From assembly GCA_005792545.1 (NCBI GenBank), contig SXRM01000249.1, positions 3,757 through 67,756 of the forward strand: 64,000 nucleotides of DNA, read 5' to 3'. Every line of letters starts with the position of its first letter. Position 1 is the stretch's first letter. This document shows positions 50,243 to 60,700 of the stretch, in pieces. Under the pieces are notes generated by a model, which was given only the letters and a program-made list of their open reading frames with translations, searched no databases and had not been told where the DNA came from. This DNA is from Pseudomonadota bacterium. Lineage in GTDB: Bacteria > Myxococcota_A > UBA9042. A program made the position numbers and the translations under genes.

Positions 50243-51456
50243 CCGCCGCCGAATCCGCCGCCGCCGAGGTAGGTCTTGATGAGGCCGCATAGGGGCGAGT
50301 CGGGGCAGCACACCGGGTCGGTGATGAGGTCGGGGGCCTGTTTCTTCCAGCTGCCCGGGTTGATGCACATCCGATAGCCCTTGCTCGGGTAGTAGTAGGC
50401 CCAAAAGAAGCACATTTCCTTGTTGGCCGACTCGCCAAAGCCGACGTTTGCGGTGGTGGAGTTGAACCACGAGCAGCGGTACTGAAAGCCCTGACCGGTC
50501 TTGAATTCCAGCGGCGGGTCGTACACCGCCATCGGCGCCTCGGCCCAGTCGAACGGCTTATCCTTGGGCGGGTACACCAGCGGCGCGTCGGTCGAGGTGC
50601 CGCCCTGGGCGAGCGCGATCTGCACGTCGGTGCCGAGCGCATGGGTGTGGCCGGTCGCAGCGAACACCTTGGTCCCTGGCCAGACGTCGATGAAATTCCA
50701 CGGTGTGGTGGTGGTCTTGCCCGCCTTGAGCGAGAAATCCGGCGTGCCATAGAACAGCATGTCGGCTTCGTTTTCGACCTTGTCCTTGGGCAGCGTCGAA
50801 AACGTGATGTCGGCGCCCGTTTCAATGGCGTCCTTGTAGTAGTTGAGGTAGTGGGCCTCGATGCGGATCATCTGCTTGGCCGCGAACTTGAACGCTACCC
50901 CCTTGGGCAGCGTCAGCGTCTCGGTCGCCACCTGACTGATCATCAGCGGCACGTTGCCGCCGGACAGCGTTTCCGTGAACGGCGTGCACTTCTTGGGTTC
51001 TGGCTGTTCGACGGTGGCGTCGCTGCGGTACACGATGAGGTGGTGCGAGCCCTTGGCGAGCTTGCTGTGAATCTGGTGCACCCACACCTCGGTCTCGTTG
51101 TCCAAGCGCTTGAGGATGCAGCGGGTCGTCTCTTCCTTGGGCTGCATGGTCCACGGTGTCAGGCCCAGCTTGAGCTCGGTCGGGTAGGGCTTGGGCGGAC
51201 CCGCGTCGGCTACCGCGGCGTCGCCCGGCACGGCATCTGTCGCAACAGCGACGTCGGTCGGACTGGTCGATGTGTCGCTTTGGACTTCGACGGCCGTCGC
51301 GTCGTCGCCTGTGGCGCCATCCGCACCGCTCTGACTGGTGTCGGCCGCCGCAACTACGTCTGCACTGGCGATTACATCGGCACCCGCCGCCGCACCGCCG
51401 CCCTCACACGCCCAAACAGCCAACGCCAGTACTGGCGTCGCGATCCACCTGCTCAT
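50239..51456 (-). CDS. Copper type II ascorbate-dependent monooxygenase-like lipoprotein (PHM/DBH fold)
   Basis: Lipobox AVWA-C, acidic linker, GSHHL and EAHY (CuH ligands), GHTH and EMC (CuM ligands). Confidence 0.8.
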   Translation of the reverse strand: MSRWIATPVLALAVWACEGGGAAAGADVIASADVVAAADTSQSGADGATGDDATAVEVQSDTSTSPTDVAVATDAVPGDAAVADAGPPKPYPTELKLGLTPWTMQPKEETTRCILKRLDNETEVWVHQIHSKLAKGSHHLIVYRSDATVEQPEPKKCTPFTETLSGGNVPLMISQVATETLTLPKGVAFKFAAKQMIRIEAHYLNYYKDAIETGADITFSTLPKDKVENEADMLFYGTPDFSLKAGKTTTTPWNFIDVWPGTKVFAATGHTHALGTDVQIALAQGGTSTDAPLVYPPKDKPFDWAEAPMAVYDPPLEFKTGQGFQYRCSWFNSTTANVGFGESANKEMCFFWAYYYPSKGYRMCINPGSWKKQAPDLITDPVCCPDSPLCGLIKTYLGGGGFGGG

Positions 51457-51620
51457 CCTTGCCCCAATCCGCCGCGCAGCCTGCGCCCGGCCGCCAAGCA
51501 TCGCGATTTCCTCGACGTCGTCAAGGTGATTGCGGTGCCCTCGCCCCACGCTGGGTTGCCAACCGGGGCGCCAAGGCGGTACCGTCGCCGCGGCTCTCAC
51601 GCCAGCCAGCGAGCCTTGTT

Positions 51621-52097
51621 ATGCGCAGCCTTCTCGTCCTTGTCGGCCTCGCCGCGATCTGCGGCGCCGCGCCGGCCTTTGCCAGCAACTGTGAGTCGAT
51701 CAGCGACAGCGACGCCCGCAACCACTGCCGCGCCGTGGCCAAGAAAGACAAAGGCGCCTGCGAGTCGATCCGCGACAGCGATCGCCGCAACCTGTGCCGC
51801 GCCGAGGCGAGCGGCAACAAAAGCCACTGCGAGTCGATCAGCGACAGCAACAAGCGCAACCAGTGTCGCGGCGTCGCCGGTGGCAAGGACAGCGCCGGTT
51901 CATGCGAATCGATCTCAGACAGCGACCAGCGCAACCACTGCCGCGCCGTGGCCCGCAAAGACAAGGGACCCTGCGAGTCGATCCGCGACAGTGACGCCCG
52001 CAACTACTGCCGAGCGGTGGCAGGTGGCAACAAGTCGCCATGCGAGTCGATCAAAGACAGCAACTTGCGCAACCGCTGCCGGGCCGAGGCGCGATAG
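51621..52097 (+). CDS. Small secreted protein of six tandem ~23-aa two-Cys repeats
   Basis: Signal peptide ending APAFA; six CESI[SRK]DS[DN]xRNxCR units, visible as DNA tandem repeats (TGCGAGTCGATC). Confidence 0.85.
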   Translation: MRSLLVLVGLAAICGAAPAFASNCESISDSDARNHCRAVAKKDKGACESIRDSDRRNLCRAEASGNKSHCESISDSNKRNQCRGVAGGKDSAGSCESISDSDQRNHCRAVARKDKGPCESIRDSDARNYCRAVAGGNKSPCESIKDSNLRNRCRAEAR

Positions 52098-52113
52098 GTC
52101 AGGCCGCTGCGGT

Positions 52114-53625
52114 TCAGAACGAGCACGCCGCCAGCTGCGCCGCGCAGAACTGCTCGACACAGGCCGCACAGTTGGGCGATCCGGGGTTGGCGCACCAATT
52201 GCCGCACTTGCCGTCGCGGCAGTCGATGAAATCGTCTACCGCGGCCTGGGCCGCCGGCGTGCCCGCGGCCTTGCACGCTTTGGCGCAGGTGATGTCGCCA
52301 GAGCACTTGCCTTGGCACTGGGCGATCTGCAAGCAAGTCGTGTACAGCGCTCCAGCGCCGCCAAAGCACTTGTCCCAGCCCGCTTTGCATGCCTGCTGAG
52401 CGCACTGCAGCTGCGCGTCGCCGGCTAGGCCCGCGCACAGGTTGTCGATGCAGGTCAGCAGCCCATAGTAGTCCAGACCGCCCTGCTGGCTGGCGCTGCT
52501 GCCGCAGGTGTTGGCGCAGGTCGAAGATCCACCGCAGCCGGACAGACACTCGCTCAGCTGTTTGCAGCTGGCGGTGCCGGCGCCAGTGCAGGCTTTTTGC
52601 TCGGCAAAGCAGTTGGTGTACACGCACAGCAGCGTCTCGTTGAGCTTGCCGGCATCGGCCAGCGGTTTGCACACGGCCTTGATGCAGCCCTGGTAGCCAG
52701 CGAGCAAGCCGAGCGCGGCGTCGCTGCCCTTGGCCTTGCAGCTGTCGGGGCAGCCGGCATCGCCGGCCGGGCAGTTACCGATGCACGCCACCACCTGCGC
52801 GCACGACAGCGTGCCGCCACCTTTTGGTACGCACACGCCTTTTTGGCAAGATTGGCCGCTCGGACAGGCCGGCGCACATGGCGCATCGATGCAGACGTTG
52901 CCCTGGCAGACCTGGCCGGGCGGGCAGCCCGGGTTGCAGGCCGGCGGCGCCTGACAAATCCCCAGCTGGCAGACTTCGCCAGGCTTACAGGCGACCGGCA
53001 AGTTCCACGACAGGCAGCCTGAGCCGGTCAGCTGGCAGGTCTTGGTCGCCGGCACGCCGTCCACGCATTGCACGAGGTTGAGCGCCGGGCACGGATCCTT
53101 GCACCCGCAAATCCCTTTTTGGCATTGCAGGTCGGCTGGGCACGCTGGCTGCGCCACCCATTTGCCAGCCTGGCAGAGCTGCGGCGTGTTGCCGGCACAC
53201 TGCGCCTCGCCCGCTGCGCATAGAGCGCCATCGGCTAACGGGATATCCTTGGCAACGTCGAGATCGGTGGCCTGACTGTCCGATGCAACCTCCGGCGCGG
53301 CATCCGGGCCGCTATCGGCAACGGCTTCGGCCTTTGCATCCGAGCTGGGCGCATCGGCCAGGCCTTCGGTCTTGCCGCCGTCGCCAGCCGTTTCTGCAGC
53401 GGTCGCGCCGTCGCCGCTGGCGTCGGTGTCGCCAAACGCGATGATACTACAGGCAATTGGCATGCACTGCACCGGGTCGACGCAGCCGCTGCTGCCCGGG
53501 CACGGATGGCAGGCCTGGGTGACCGGGTCGCGGCAGACGCGGGTGCTGTCGGCCGGATTGGGGGCGCAGGCGGCGACGAGCGTCATCGCCCCGATCGCAC
53601 CTGCCAAAAACAACGCGCGCGCCAT
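52114..53625 (-). CDS. Cys-rich lipoprotein
   Basis: Lipobox LVAA-C, acidic linker, CPxGQxCxxGxC repeats, three C-terminal CxQxxxCxxxC helical units. Confidence 0.82.
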   Translation of the reverse strand: MARALFLAGAIGAMTLVAACAPNPADSTRVCRDPVTQACHPCPGSSGCVDPVQCMPIACSIIAFGDTDASGDGATAAETAGDGGKTEGLADAPSSDAKAEAVADSGPDAAPEVASDSQATDLDVAKDIPLADGALCAAGEAQCAGNTPQLCQAGKWVAQPACPADLQCQKGICGCKDPCPALNLVQCVDGVPATKTCQLTGSGCLSWNLPVACKPGEVCQLGICQAPPACNPGCPPGQVCQGNVCIDAPCAPACPSGQSCQKGVCVPKGGGTLSCAQVVACIGNCPAGDAGCPDSCKAKGSDAALGLLAGYQGCIKAVCKPLADAGKLNETLLCVYTNCFAEQKACTGAGTASCKQLSECLSGCGGSSTCANTCGSSASQQGGLDYYGLLTCIDNLCAGLAGDAQLQCAQQACKAGWDKCFGGAGALYTTCLQIAQCQGKCSGDITCAKACKAAGTPAAQAAVDDFIDCRDGKCGNWCANPGSPNCAACVEQFCAAQLAACSF

Positions 53626-53704
53626 GGCCGCAAGGATACGTGGCCTGCGCCGCCCGCACAATCGCGCTATCATCGCCACGGCGCCTGCGCGCCGCAAAAC
53701 TACC

Positions 53705-54394
53705 GTGCCGCTGCTCGAACCGACCGTGCTGTATTGCGACAACCACCTGCTCGCGCTCGACAAGCCCGCGGGCATGCCGATCCAGGCCGATGCTAGCGGC
53801 GACCTCGACTTACACAGCTGGGCCAAGGTCTGGATCGGCAAACAGTTCCGCAAGCCCGGCGCCGTGTTCTGCGGCATCGTCCATCGGCTCGACCGTCCGG
53901 CGCGCGGTGTGGTGGTGCTGGCGCGCACCTCCAAGGCGGCGGCGCGGCTGTCGCGGCAGTTTGCCGAGCGCACCGCCCACAAGGTCTACGAGGCCGTCGT
54001 GTTGGCCGAAGTCGCCAGTGACACGGGCGACTGCGTCGATTGGCTGGCCACCGGCGAAGGATCTACGCGCGTCGTGGCGGCCAGCCACCCGGATGCGCAG
54101 CGCGCTGAGCTGACGTGGCAGGTGGCGGATCGCGCTGTCGGCCGGACGCTGTTGCAGATTGCGCTGCGCACTGGCCGCAAGCACCAGATTCGCGCCCAGT
54201 GGGCGCACCGCGGTCATCCGTTGCTCGGCGACCTGCGCTATGGCGCACCGGCCCCGCTGCCCGACCGCAGCATCGCGCTGTGGGCGCGCGAGCTGACCTT
54301 GTCGCACCCGACCCGGCCAGAGACGCTGACGTTTGCGTCCACGCCGCCGCCCGGCTGGCCGTGGCACCTGGAGGCTCGCCTTGCTCCCCGATGA
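53705..54394 (+). CDS. RluA-family pseudouridine synthase
   Basis: DKPAG, VHRLDR (catalytic Asp), TGRKHQIR and PLLGDLRYG motifs. Confidence 0.92.
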   Translation: MPLLEPTVLYCDNHLLALDKPAGMPIQADASGDLDLHSWAKVWIGKQFRKPGAVFCGIVHRLDRPARGVVVLARTSKAAARLSRQFAERTAHKVYEAVVLAEVASDTGDCVDWLATGEGSTRVVAASHPDAQRAELTWQVADRAVGRTLLQIALRTGRKHQIRAQWAHRGHPLLGDLRYGAPAPLPDRSIALWARELTLSHPTRPETLTFASTPPPGWPWHLEARLAPR

Positions 54395-54452
54395 TTCTTG
54401 GTCTTCAAAGGTCGCCGCCGTCGCGACTCGCCACGCCGCTACCCGACCGCTG

Positions 54453-55538
54453 GTGCGCGGTCAGCACGTGCCCTACTTCCGCCGTGGCGTGCTGTCGGTG
54501 CCGTCGTTCAAGTGGAACCGCACCGGCGAACCCAACGTCGAGGCGCGCGGCCAGTCGCTGCGGCTGATGGGCAATGCCACGCGTTTGCCGGTGGACGCGC
54601 TGTTCTTTGACTTGGAAGACGCGGCGCCTGACCAGCCCGAGTTCAAAGCGCTAGCGCGCGATTTCTGCCGGCAAGCGCTGCTGGCCGCGGCCGGGTGCGG
54701 TCGCGTAGTGGGTTTTCGGCCCAACGACATTCGCTCGCCGTACTTTGCCGATGACCTGGCAGCGGTGTTACCGACCGCCGGCGCGCACCTGCATTTCGTG
54801 GTGCTGCCCAAAACGGAGTCGGCCGACGAGGTGCGCGACGTGGCCCGCCTGCTGCGGGGCGCGGCCGACCGCTTCGGCTGGGCGCAGGTGCCGCGCCTGG
54901 AGGTGCTCATCGAGTCACCGCGGGCGCTTTTGCAAGCCGAGTCGATCGCCGCCGTCGACGAAGTGGCCACGCTGGTGTTTGGCGCCTACGACTTTGCGCG
55001 GTGCATCGGTGGCGAGGTGGACCCGCAGAGCTGGCTCAGGGACCAGTCCGCAGCCCGCCAGTGGCTGCCGATCGTGGCCGCGGCTCACGGCAAAGACGCG
55101 CTCGACGCCGTGACCGCGACGCTGCCGGTTCGCGCCAAGGATCCGGCCGCGCCGACGGACGCAGAACGCGCGCGTCACAACGAGGCACTGGCGCTGGCCA
55201 GCCGCGACGCCGCCGATGCTGCGCGGCTGGGCTACGCCGGCAAGTGGGTGCTGCACCCCGACCAGATCGCGCCCATTCAGGCCGCGTTTGCGCCGACCGC
55301 CGAGCGCGCCCATCAAGCGCTTGCCCTGTGCGCCGCCTATGCCCGCGCTGCCCTGGCCGGGTCGGGGGCAGAGCGCGACGAGGCAGGCGGGCAAGTCCGG
55401 TTGGTCGACAAGGCCGTGGCGGGCGTGGAGTTCTGGGCCGTCAAGGCGGGCTTGCGCGCCGGCGCTTTGAACGTCGCCGACCTGCACGCTAGCGGTTTTT
55501 CGCTGGACGAACTGCGCGCGGCATCTTGTGGCCGCTGA
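54453..55538 (+). CDS. CitE/HpcH-family CoA-ester lyase (start uncertain)
   Basis: FFDLEDA, RPN, LPKTES, LIESP, FGAYD and GKWVLHPDQI motifs. Confidence 0.85.
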   Translation: MRGQHVPYFRRGVLSVPSFKWNRTGEPNVEARGQSLRLMGNATRLPVDALFFDLEDAAPDQPEFKALARDFCRQALLAAAGCGRVVGFRPNDIRSPYFADDLAAVLPTAGAHLHFVVLPKTESADEVRDVARLLRGAADRFGWAQVPRLEVLIESPRALLQAESIAAVDEVATLVFGAYDFARCIGGEVDPQSWLRDQSAARQWLPIVAAAHGKDALDAVTATLPVRAKDPAAPTDAERARHNEALALASRDAADAARLGYAGKWVLHPDQIAPIQAAFAPTAERAHQALALCAAYARAALAGSGAERDEAGGQVRLVDKAVAGVEFWAVKAGLRAGALNVADLHASGFSLDELRAASCGR

Positions 55539-55550
55539 CGCCATCAGGGG

Positions 55551-57734
55551 CTAGGGATTGGGCGGCGGTGGCGGGCAGTCGGGTTTCTTGGTGTTCTTGC
55601 ACACTTTGGCGGCGCACTGGTCGGTGGTGCAGTCGTTCTTATCGTCGCAATCGGCATCGGCTTCGCAACAGCCGGAGATCTTGGCGCAAGTGCAGCCCTG
55701 CGTCGCATCGCACTTGGGCGCCTCACAAGCAGCGCACTTCTTGGTCGCGCACTCGCCGTCCAGGTAGCAGAGTTGCTTACTGCACGCCACCTTGACGGCC
55801 AGTTCGTCCACCGCCACCCCGGCAAACTCGTTCTTGCTGCCATCGCCGGCGTCAAAACCCAGGCACAGCTGGATCGTCTTGCCCTGCAGGGCGTCGAGCG
55901 CCACGGTGATGGTCTTCCATTTGCCGTTGGTGGTGCCCGCAATCAGGTCGCTGGACCACACCACCGTCGGCTGGTTGGCGACCATCGCCACAACGGTGAA
56001 CTCGTCGTACTTGGCCAGCCCGGCCAGCGGCGGATTGACGTACTTGCCTGCAGCGACGCCGGTCCACTCGGTATCGAGCTGCAGCTGGAAAGTCAGCAGG
56101 TTGAACAAGGAGCCCGCTTTGATTTCGACGGGCTTACTGCACACCAGGCCCTTAGGCCCGACATCGTCGCTCAACACCGGGTCGTCATAGGTGGTGCCTT
56201 CTTCGTTCGAGAACGCCAGCGCGCCGCCCGCTTCGCCGCCATTGGGCGCAAGGTGCCAACCGACCGTCGCCGAGTTCTGCTGCAGCGTCGTCCACCCAGT
56301 CAGCGCATCGTCGAACGGCGCATACAGCGATACCGCACTCTTGCAGCAGCCGGGCTTGGCGGGATCGGGGTTGTTGGCGCACTGACCGTTCTTGCACGCA
56401 TCGAGCGTACACGCCACGCCGTCGTCGCAATCGGCGTCGGCCGCACAACAACCAGCAGCCTTGCCGTACAGGCACGCGCCCGCTCCGGAGCCCGCGGCGC
56501 CGTTGACGTAGGGATGGCAGGCATCGAGCGTACAGGCGTTTTCGTCCGCCTTGCACGGGTTGGCGGCGTCGCAGTAGGCCTGGGCGCACACGGTCTCCCA
56601 CACCACGTCGTCCAAGTAGATGCCCTCGTGGTCGTTCTTGAACGCCGAGCCGCTCGCAAAATTCCACTGGACTTTGACGGTCTTGCCGGCCCAGTCGCTG
56701 AGATCGACGGCAATCTGCTGCCACTGGCCCTTGGTGGTCTTGCCGATCGCCATCGACGTCCACACCTGGGTCATCTTGGTGCCCTCGACGACCTGCGCGG
56801 TCAGCACGTCTTTTTCGGCGAGGCACTGCGCCACGTCGTTGACCAGAAAGCAGCTGGCGCCAGTCGGGCACGCGGTCTTGCAGGTCGCCGGCTTGAACTG
56901 ATTGGCGTAGGGCGCCTCGGTATCGAGCCACAGCCAGAACACTAGATGCGCCTTCTTGCCTTCGGGCAGGAACTGGGCGTTGCTGGCAAGCACCGTCGCC
57001 ACCGGCTGCGCAGTCTTGGCCGGCTTACAGCCGCTGTCGGGCGACATCGAGTTGTCGTAGGTCTTGCAGGCGTTGCCGAAGTACAGCGACTGCTTGCCCG
57101 AGTGCGCCCGCGCGGTGCTGGGCTGCCACTGTACGTTGCCGTTGGTCGCGGCGTCCGACGACTTGAGCCCATCGGTCACCGCCGCCTCGAACCCGGACTT
57201 GAGCAGCGTCTTCTTGCCCGAGCAGCACAGCGGATCGACCGTGTTCTTGCACTGGTGGCTGGCGCTGTCACAGGTGTCGGTGGTGCACTCGTCCTTGTCG
57301 TCGCAGCCGGCGTTGTTGCAGCACGACGGAAACGGCTTGGGGATGGCCTTGCAGGTGCCCAGATCGCACAGCGCGTCCTGGCACGGCGACAGCGTCAGCT
57401 TGCCGGCGCAGTCGGTCCCGGTCGCGCACTGCGCCACGTCGGCCGGTGGCACATCCGGGGCGACCTCGGGTGCGGCATCGGCATCGTCACCGGCAACTTC
57501 TTCCGTTGTGTCGAGCGGATCGCCGCCGTCGGAGGCCCCATCTGGCGTCACGGTGTCTACGCCGGTTTCGCCCCCGGCCGCGTCGGCAGGTTCGCCCGAG
57601 TCGGTGGCGACTTCGGCCGCGCTGTCACTGCCCGCGTCCTTGGCCGCTGGCTTGGGCTCTTCGCCGCAGCCGGCGCCCATGACGGCCGCCAATACGGCAA
57701 CCAGCATCGGTACTGTCCACCACCGCATGTGCAT
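55551..57734 (-). CDS. Cys-rich lipoprotein with two MAM/cleaved-adhesin-like beta-sandwich domains
   Basis: Lipobox MGAG-C; CC..DADCDD.D.CT.D.C repeats; domains with SG..SLYFG, FWLWLDTE, W..I.VDLS and GIYLDDV motifs. Confidence 0.82.
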   Translation of the reverse strand: MHMRWWTVPMLVAVLAAVMGAGCGEEPKPAAKDAGSDSAAEVATDSGEPADAAGGETGVDTVTPDGASDGGDPLDTTEEVAGDDADAAPEVAPDVPPADVAQCATGTDCAGKLTLSPCQDALCDLGTCKAIPKPFPSCCNNAGCDDKDECTTDTCDSASHQCKNTVDPLCCSGKKTLLKSGFEAAVTDGLKSSDAATNGNVQWQPSTARAHSGKQSLYFGNACKTYDNSMSPDSGCKPAKTAQPVATVLASNAQFLPEGKKAHLVFWLWLDTEAPYANQFKPATCKTACPTGASCFLVNDVAQCLAEKDVLTAQVVEGTKMTQVWTSMAIGKTTKGQWQQIAVDLSDWAGKTVKVQWNFASGSAFKNDHEGIYLDDVVWETVCAQAYCDAANPCKADENACTLDACHPYVNGAAGSGAGACLYGKAAGCCAADADCDDGVACTLDACKNGQCANNPDPAKPGCCKSAVSLYAPFDDALTGWTTLQQNSATVGWHLAPNGGEAGGALAFSNEEGTTYDDPVLSDDVGPKGLVCSKPVEIKAGSLFNLLTFQLQLDTEWTGVAAGKYVNPPLAGLAKYDEFTVVAMVANQPTVVWSSDLIAGTTNGKWKTITVALDALQGKTIQLCLGFDAGDGSKNEFAGVAVDELAVKVACSKQLCYLDGECATKKCAACEAPKCDATQGCTCAKISGCCEADADCDDKNDCTTDQCAAKVCKNTKKPDCPPPPPNP

Positions 57735-57787
57735 GCCTACGTTTCTCCAGCCCGCCGTGCCCGTGCAGATCGCCGCCGCCATCCCGG

Positions 57788-60700
57788 TCAGCTGCCGCAG
57801 TCGGTGGTGACCTTGAGGTCGTCGATGAACACGCCCTTACCGCCGTTGCCAATGCTGTCGATGGTGTTGAAGTACAGCTCGATCTGGATTTCCTGGCCCA
57901 TATACGGCGACAGGTCATAGCTGATGTCGTACCACTTGTTGGGCGTAACGCCGGTGCCCTTGTCCCACACCGTCAGCTTCTGGCCGTTGACGTACAGGTA
58001 CACGTACATGTCGTCGTATGAGCCTTTGCCGCCCGACTCGGTGTCCATCAGCAAACCCATCGTCAGCTTGGACTTGGTGCCGGCCGGCAGCTGGATCTTG
58101 GGCGTTGTGGCTTTGCCGTTGGTCGAGCCCATGTCGAAGCTGCCCTTGGCCGGGTCGCCATACCACAGCACGGCCGGCGCGCTTTTGTTCAAGCCGCCCG
58201 GAGGACTGGCGTTGATCTGCCAGCCCTTGCCCGCACCAGCGCTGTTGCTGATGGTGATGTCCTTGAGCGCGCCCTGGTCGAAGTCGTTGACCCACACGTC
58301 GGGTTCGCAGCAACCGGCGGCGCCGGTCGGCTTGTGCTGGCACTTGCCGCCGACGCAGGTGTCGGTGGTGCACTTGGTCTCGCCGTCGGCGCAGTCTTTG
58401 TCGGCGGCGCAGCACAAGGTGGCGTTGACGCACTTGTTCTGCATGCAATTGTCGGTGGTGCAGGCGTTCTTGTCGTCGCACTGCGAACTGCTCAAACAAC
58501 AGCCCGGTACGCCCGGATTGCTGCACTGACCGCCCGGGCCGGGGCAGACGTCGGTGGTGCAAGCGTTGGCGTCGTTGCAGTCGCCAGGACCCATGCAGCA
58601 GCCCTTGATGGCCGTGAACGAGCACTTCTTGGTGGTGGTCACACACAGGTCCGCCGTGCACAGGTTGCTGTCGTTGCAGTCCTTGTCGCCGGCGCAGCAG
58701 CTGTTGGTGTAGGTGCACAGGCCATCGGTGCACACGCCAGCCAGACACCCAAAGCCGGTGGTTGGGCAGTTGGCGCTGGTCGTGCACTTCTTGTTCTGGC
58801 AAGTCGAGGTCACCACGACGTCGTCCAGATAGATGCCGGTCGCCACGTAGGTGCCACCGGTGGTGGTGGCCACGACTTCAAACTTCAACTCGACCGACTT
58901 GCCGCCAAGTGGTGTCAGATCCACCACCGTGTTCTTCCACACGTTGAAGTGCGACGAGTACGAGAAGCTCGCCAGCACGTTCTCAACGCCATCGATCACC
59001 ACGTAGACCCGGAAGGTGTAGCTGGTGCCATTGCCGCTGACGTGGTACGACCAGAACGACAGCGTAGTCTCCTTGCCAGGCAGGACCGTAACCGCCGGCG
59101 AGGCCGCGGTCACTTTGAACACCGGGTTGGTAAAGGGCACCGAACTACTGTCTTTGGCCGGGTCGGCCATTTTGAGGCTGCCCGGCGCCGACTTGGTGAA
59201 CGTGCTGTCTTTGTAGAACCACTTAATCGTCGGGTGGGTGCTGGTCAACGTCCAGCCCTCTTCGGAGCCGTCGAACTTGCTGACCAGCACTTGCGGTGCA
59301 CAGCAGCCAGGCACGGTCGCGCTGGTGTACACGCACTTGCCTTTGTCGCAGGCGTCGGTGGTGCACGGGTTGAAGTCGTCGCAGTCGTCATTGAACAGGC
59401 AGCAGGTGTCGGCGTAGCTGCACTGGCCCGAATTGCACGTGCCCTTCTTGCACGGATCGCTGGTCGCGCATTCGCCGTCGCCTTTGCAGCACTTGTTGAT
59501 GTGCTGGCACTGGCCGCCGGCCGCCGGACACACGTCGTCGGTGCAGGCGTTGTTGTCGTTGCAGCCGGCGCTGTCCATGCAGCAGCCCGGCAGGTCGCTG
59601 TGGCTGCAGGTGCCGCCCGGGCCGCTGCACAGGTCGAGCGTGCACGGCTTTTTGTCGTCGCAGTTGGCGTTGGTCACGCAGCAGTCGGCCTTGGCAGTGT
59701 TCTTGCACACCGGCAGCTTATCGCCCTCGCCGACGCAGGCGTCGGTGGTGCAGGCGTTGCCGTCTTCGCACTCGGCGTCGGCGGCGCAACAGCCGGTCGC
59801 CACTGCCAGATCGTCAATGAAGGCGCCGGCATAGGCATTGAGCACGCCGTCTTTGGTGGCGAACACCAACTGGAACTGCACGGTCTTGTCGGCAAACGCC
59901 GCCAGATCGACCACGATGCGCTGCCAGGCTCCATGGGTGCTGCCGCCGATCGCGTCGCTGGTCCAGATCGCCGACGGCTGGCCGCCGGAGACAACTTGCA
60001 CGGTCAGCAGGTCGTCGCCCTCGGTCTGCTCGGTGTCGAGCCACAGCCAGAAGTTGAGTTTGGGCTTGATGCCCGGCAGGTTGGGTATCTTGGCGTCGCC
60101 ACTGGTCGCGGTGGCGCCGACCGCTTTGCCGTTGGCGTAGGTGCCCTTGGCCGGGTCGCCGATCCACAGCGACTTGCCGCCCGAGATGGCTTTCTTGTCG
60201 GTGTAATTCCAACTGATGCCGTTGCCGGCGACGTCTTTGATGACCACGCTTTCGGTGGGGCCGTCCATGGGCAGTAGCCACGTGTTGGCACTGAGCACCG
60301 CCTTGCCGACGCCGCCCTGGCAGGCCAGACAAGACTTGGTCTTGGAGATGCCGCCGACAGCGACGCACTCGACCTTGCCGCCGCCGATCTCAATGAGGCA
60401 CGCCTTGTCCAGCGCTTTGAAGTTGCACTTGCCGGCGACGCAGGTTGAGGCTGTGGTCACGCACGGATTGACGCAGTCGGCGCTGCTGGTGCAGGTCGCG
60501 TTGTACTCGCCGGGCACCGGTGTGGCGCCACCGACGTCGGCCGGCACGTCTTTGCCGACTTCGACACCGGTGTCGCCTGGGCCCAGATCCGGTCCGGTAT
60601 CGGGCACATCGGCGACGGTCTCCGGCTCGGCATCGGCGACATCGGCGACGTCAGCGACGTCTTGGGCGACCTCAGGATCGCTGTCAGCGGCGCCATCGCC

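Noticed and set aside
51685-52090. Regularly spaced DNA repeats suggesting a CRISPR array
   Set aside because: The repeats are in-frame protein repeats with similar intervening sequence; no cas genes.
54391-54452. Frameshifted N-terminus of the CitE-like gene from the ATGA-overlapping ATG 54391
   Set aside because: Possible, but codon usage there is atypical and in-frame GTG starts (54453, 54468) precede the conserved core; not decidable by eye.
57782-57790. Read-through fusion of the two MAM-like paralogs
   Set aside because: The genes are in different frames and the downstream gene has its own RBS and lipobox.
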